From positions 10,230,001 through 10,294,000 of the forward strand of contig OU015569.1 in assembly GCA_907165135.1 (NCBI GenBank): a stretch of 64,000 nucleotides of DNA, given 5' to 3'. The DNA is from Oikopleura dioica. Taxonomy: Eukaryota; Animalia; Chordata. Position numbers and translations under genes: made by a program. Shown here piece by piece: positions 63,291 through 64,000 of this stretch. Under the pieces are notes generated by a model that did not search any database, was not told the origin of the DNA, and saw nothing but the letters and a program-made list of their open reading frames with translations. Each line of letters opens with the position of its first letter. The first letter of the stretch is position 1.

Positions 63291-64000
63291 TCTTGTTGCA
63301 TCAAGTAAGCTTGTTGATAGACGCGTGCTCTTTTAATTGATTTCACGTTGGGGAAAATCTTCAGCGCTCTTTGAACAATCGTACTTACAACATGATTACA
63401 AAACTAAATCCTCGAGACCCAAAACTAGTATGTTCTTGCTGCTGGTCAGTGTGCTGGTGCTCTTCTTTCTCTCAGGAATAGGCTTCGATCATGTTTGTCC
63501 AGGAAACGATTCCGCGGATTCAATTGAATCAATCGAAGCTGTAATTTAAAAGATTTCCAGCTTTCGCCCAACTCCAAAATTTACTGAAAAAAACAACCGT
63601 TTTGTCGAAGCCTAGCAAGGACTAACCTACCAAAGCCGAGGGGCTGCTCCAAGCCATTTCGTGTAACAATAATAAATCTTGCCAGACGTTCCATTCAATT
63701 TCGAAGTTTTTGGCGAATCATCGTAAACAAAATTCGTTATGCGCCAAAGCTGATGTCATCAGTTGTTGTTCTTGAGTTGTTTTGCAGGTGTTTTCCAACG
63801 TTGTTCTTATAAAGATTATGTTATTTTGTGAAAGTTCGTATTAACGTTTTTTTCAGTTGTGAAAGTAAATAGATCTGGATCAGCAGTTTGTGGAAACCTT
63901 GGTTGTTTCTTCGTTTTTTCTCTTCAGGGAAATGTTTTCGGGACTCGTTTCGGGCGAAGCATTTGTCTAATTCAATCATTTGCTGAAGCTGATTCAATAT

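Overview
Compact eukaryotic (animal) genomic DNA with very short introns (mostly 40-65 nt) and several GA-AG, GC-AG and GG-AG introns. This pattern is typical of the appendicularian tunicate Oikopleura; the species assignment is inferred, not proven. Recognisable genes: FCP1/CTDP1 (truncated at the window start), an Id-like HLH gene beside an ~8 kb enhancer-like gene desert, an ankyrin-repeat gene, ESRP/fusilli, a multi-Tudor gene, SV2, condensin II CAP-H2 (NCAPH2), a divergent POLDIP2, an adhesion GPCR, a K-Cl cotransporter (SLC12A4-7) and a secreted LRR plus di-cysteine-repeat protein, together with several small orphan genes. Two signals stand out. (1) Three non-autonomous TIR transposons with 8-bp target-site duplications (TSDs) sit inside coding exons, two of them in NCAPH2. 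The two NCAPH2 elements end in CTAG (a ready-made 3' splice site), and all three TSDs have G at position 7, which gives a GA/GC 5' splice site that keeps the reading frame. They look like transposons acting as introns (Introners) by using this genome's relaxed donor sites. (2) An intronless gene encoding two tandem HLH domains with bZIP-like basic regions and a C-terminal WRPW lies on the same strand inside ESRP intron 1, an architecture reminiscent of nematode REF-1 proteins. Exon structures were reconstructed by eye; no database searches were run.
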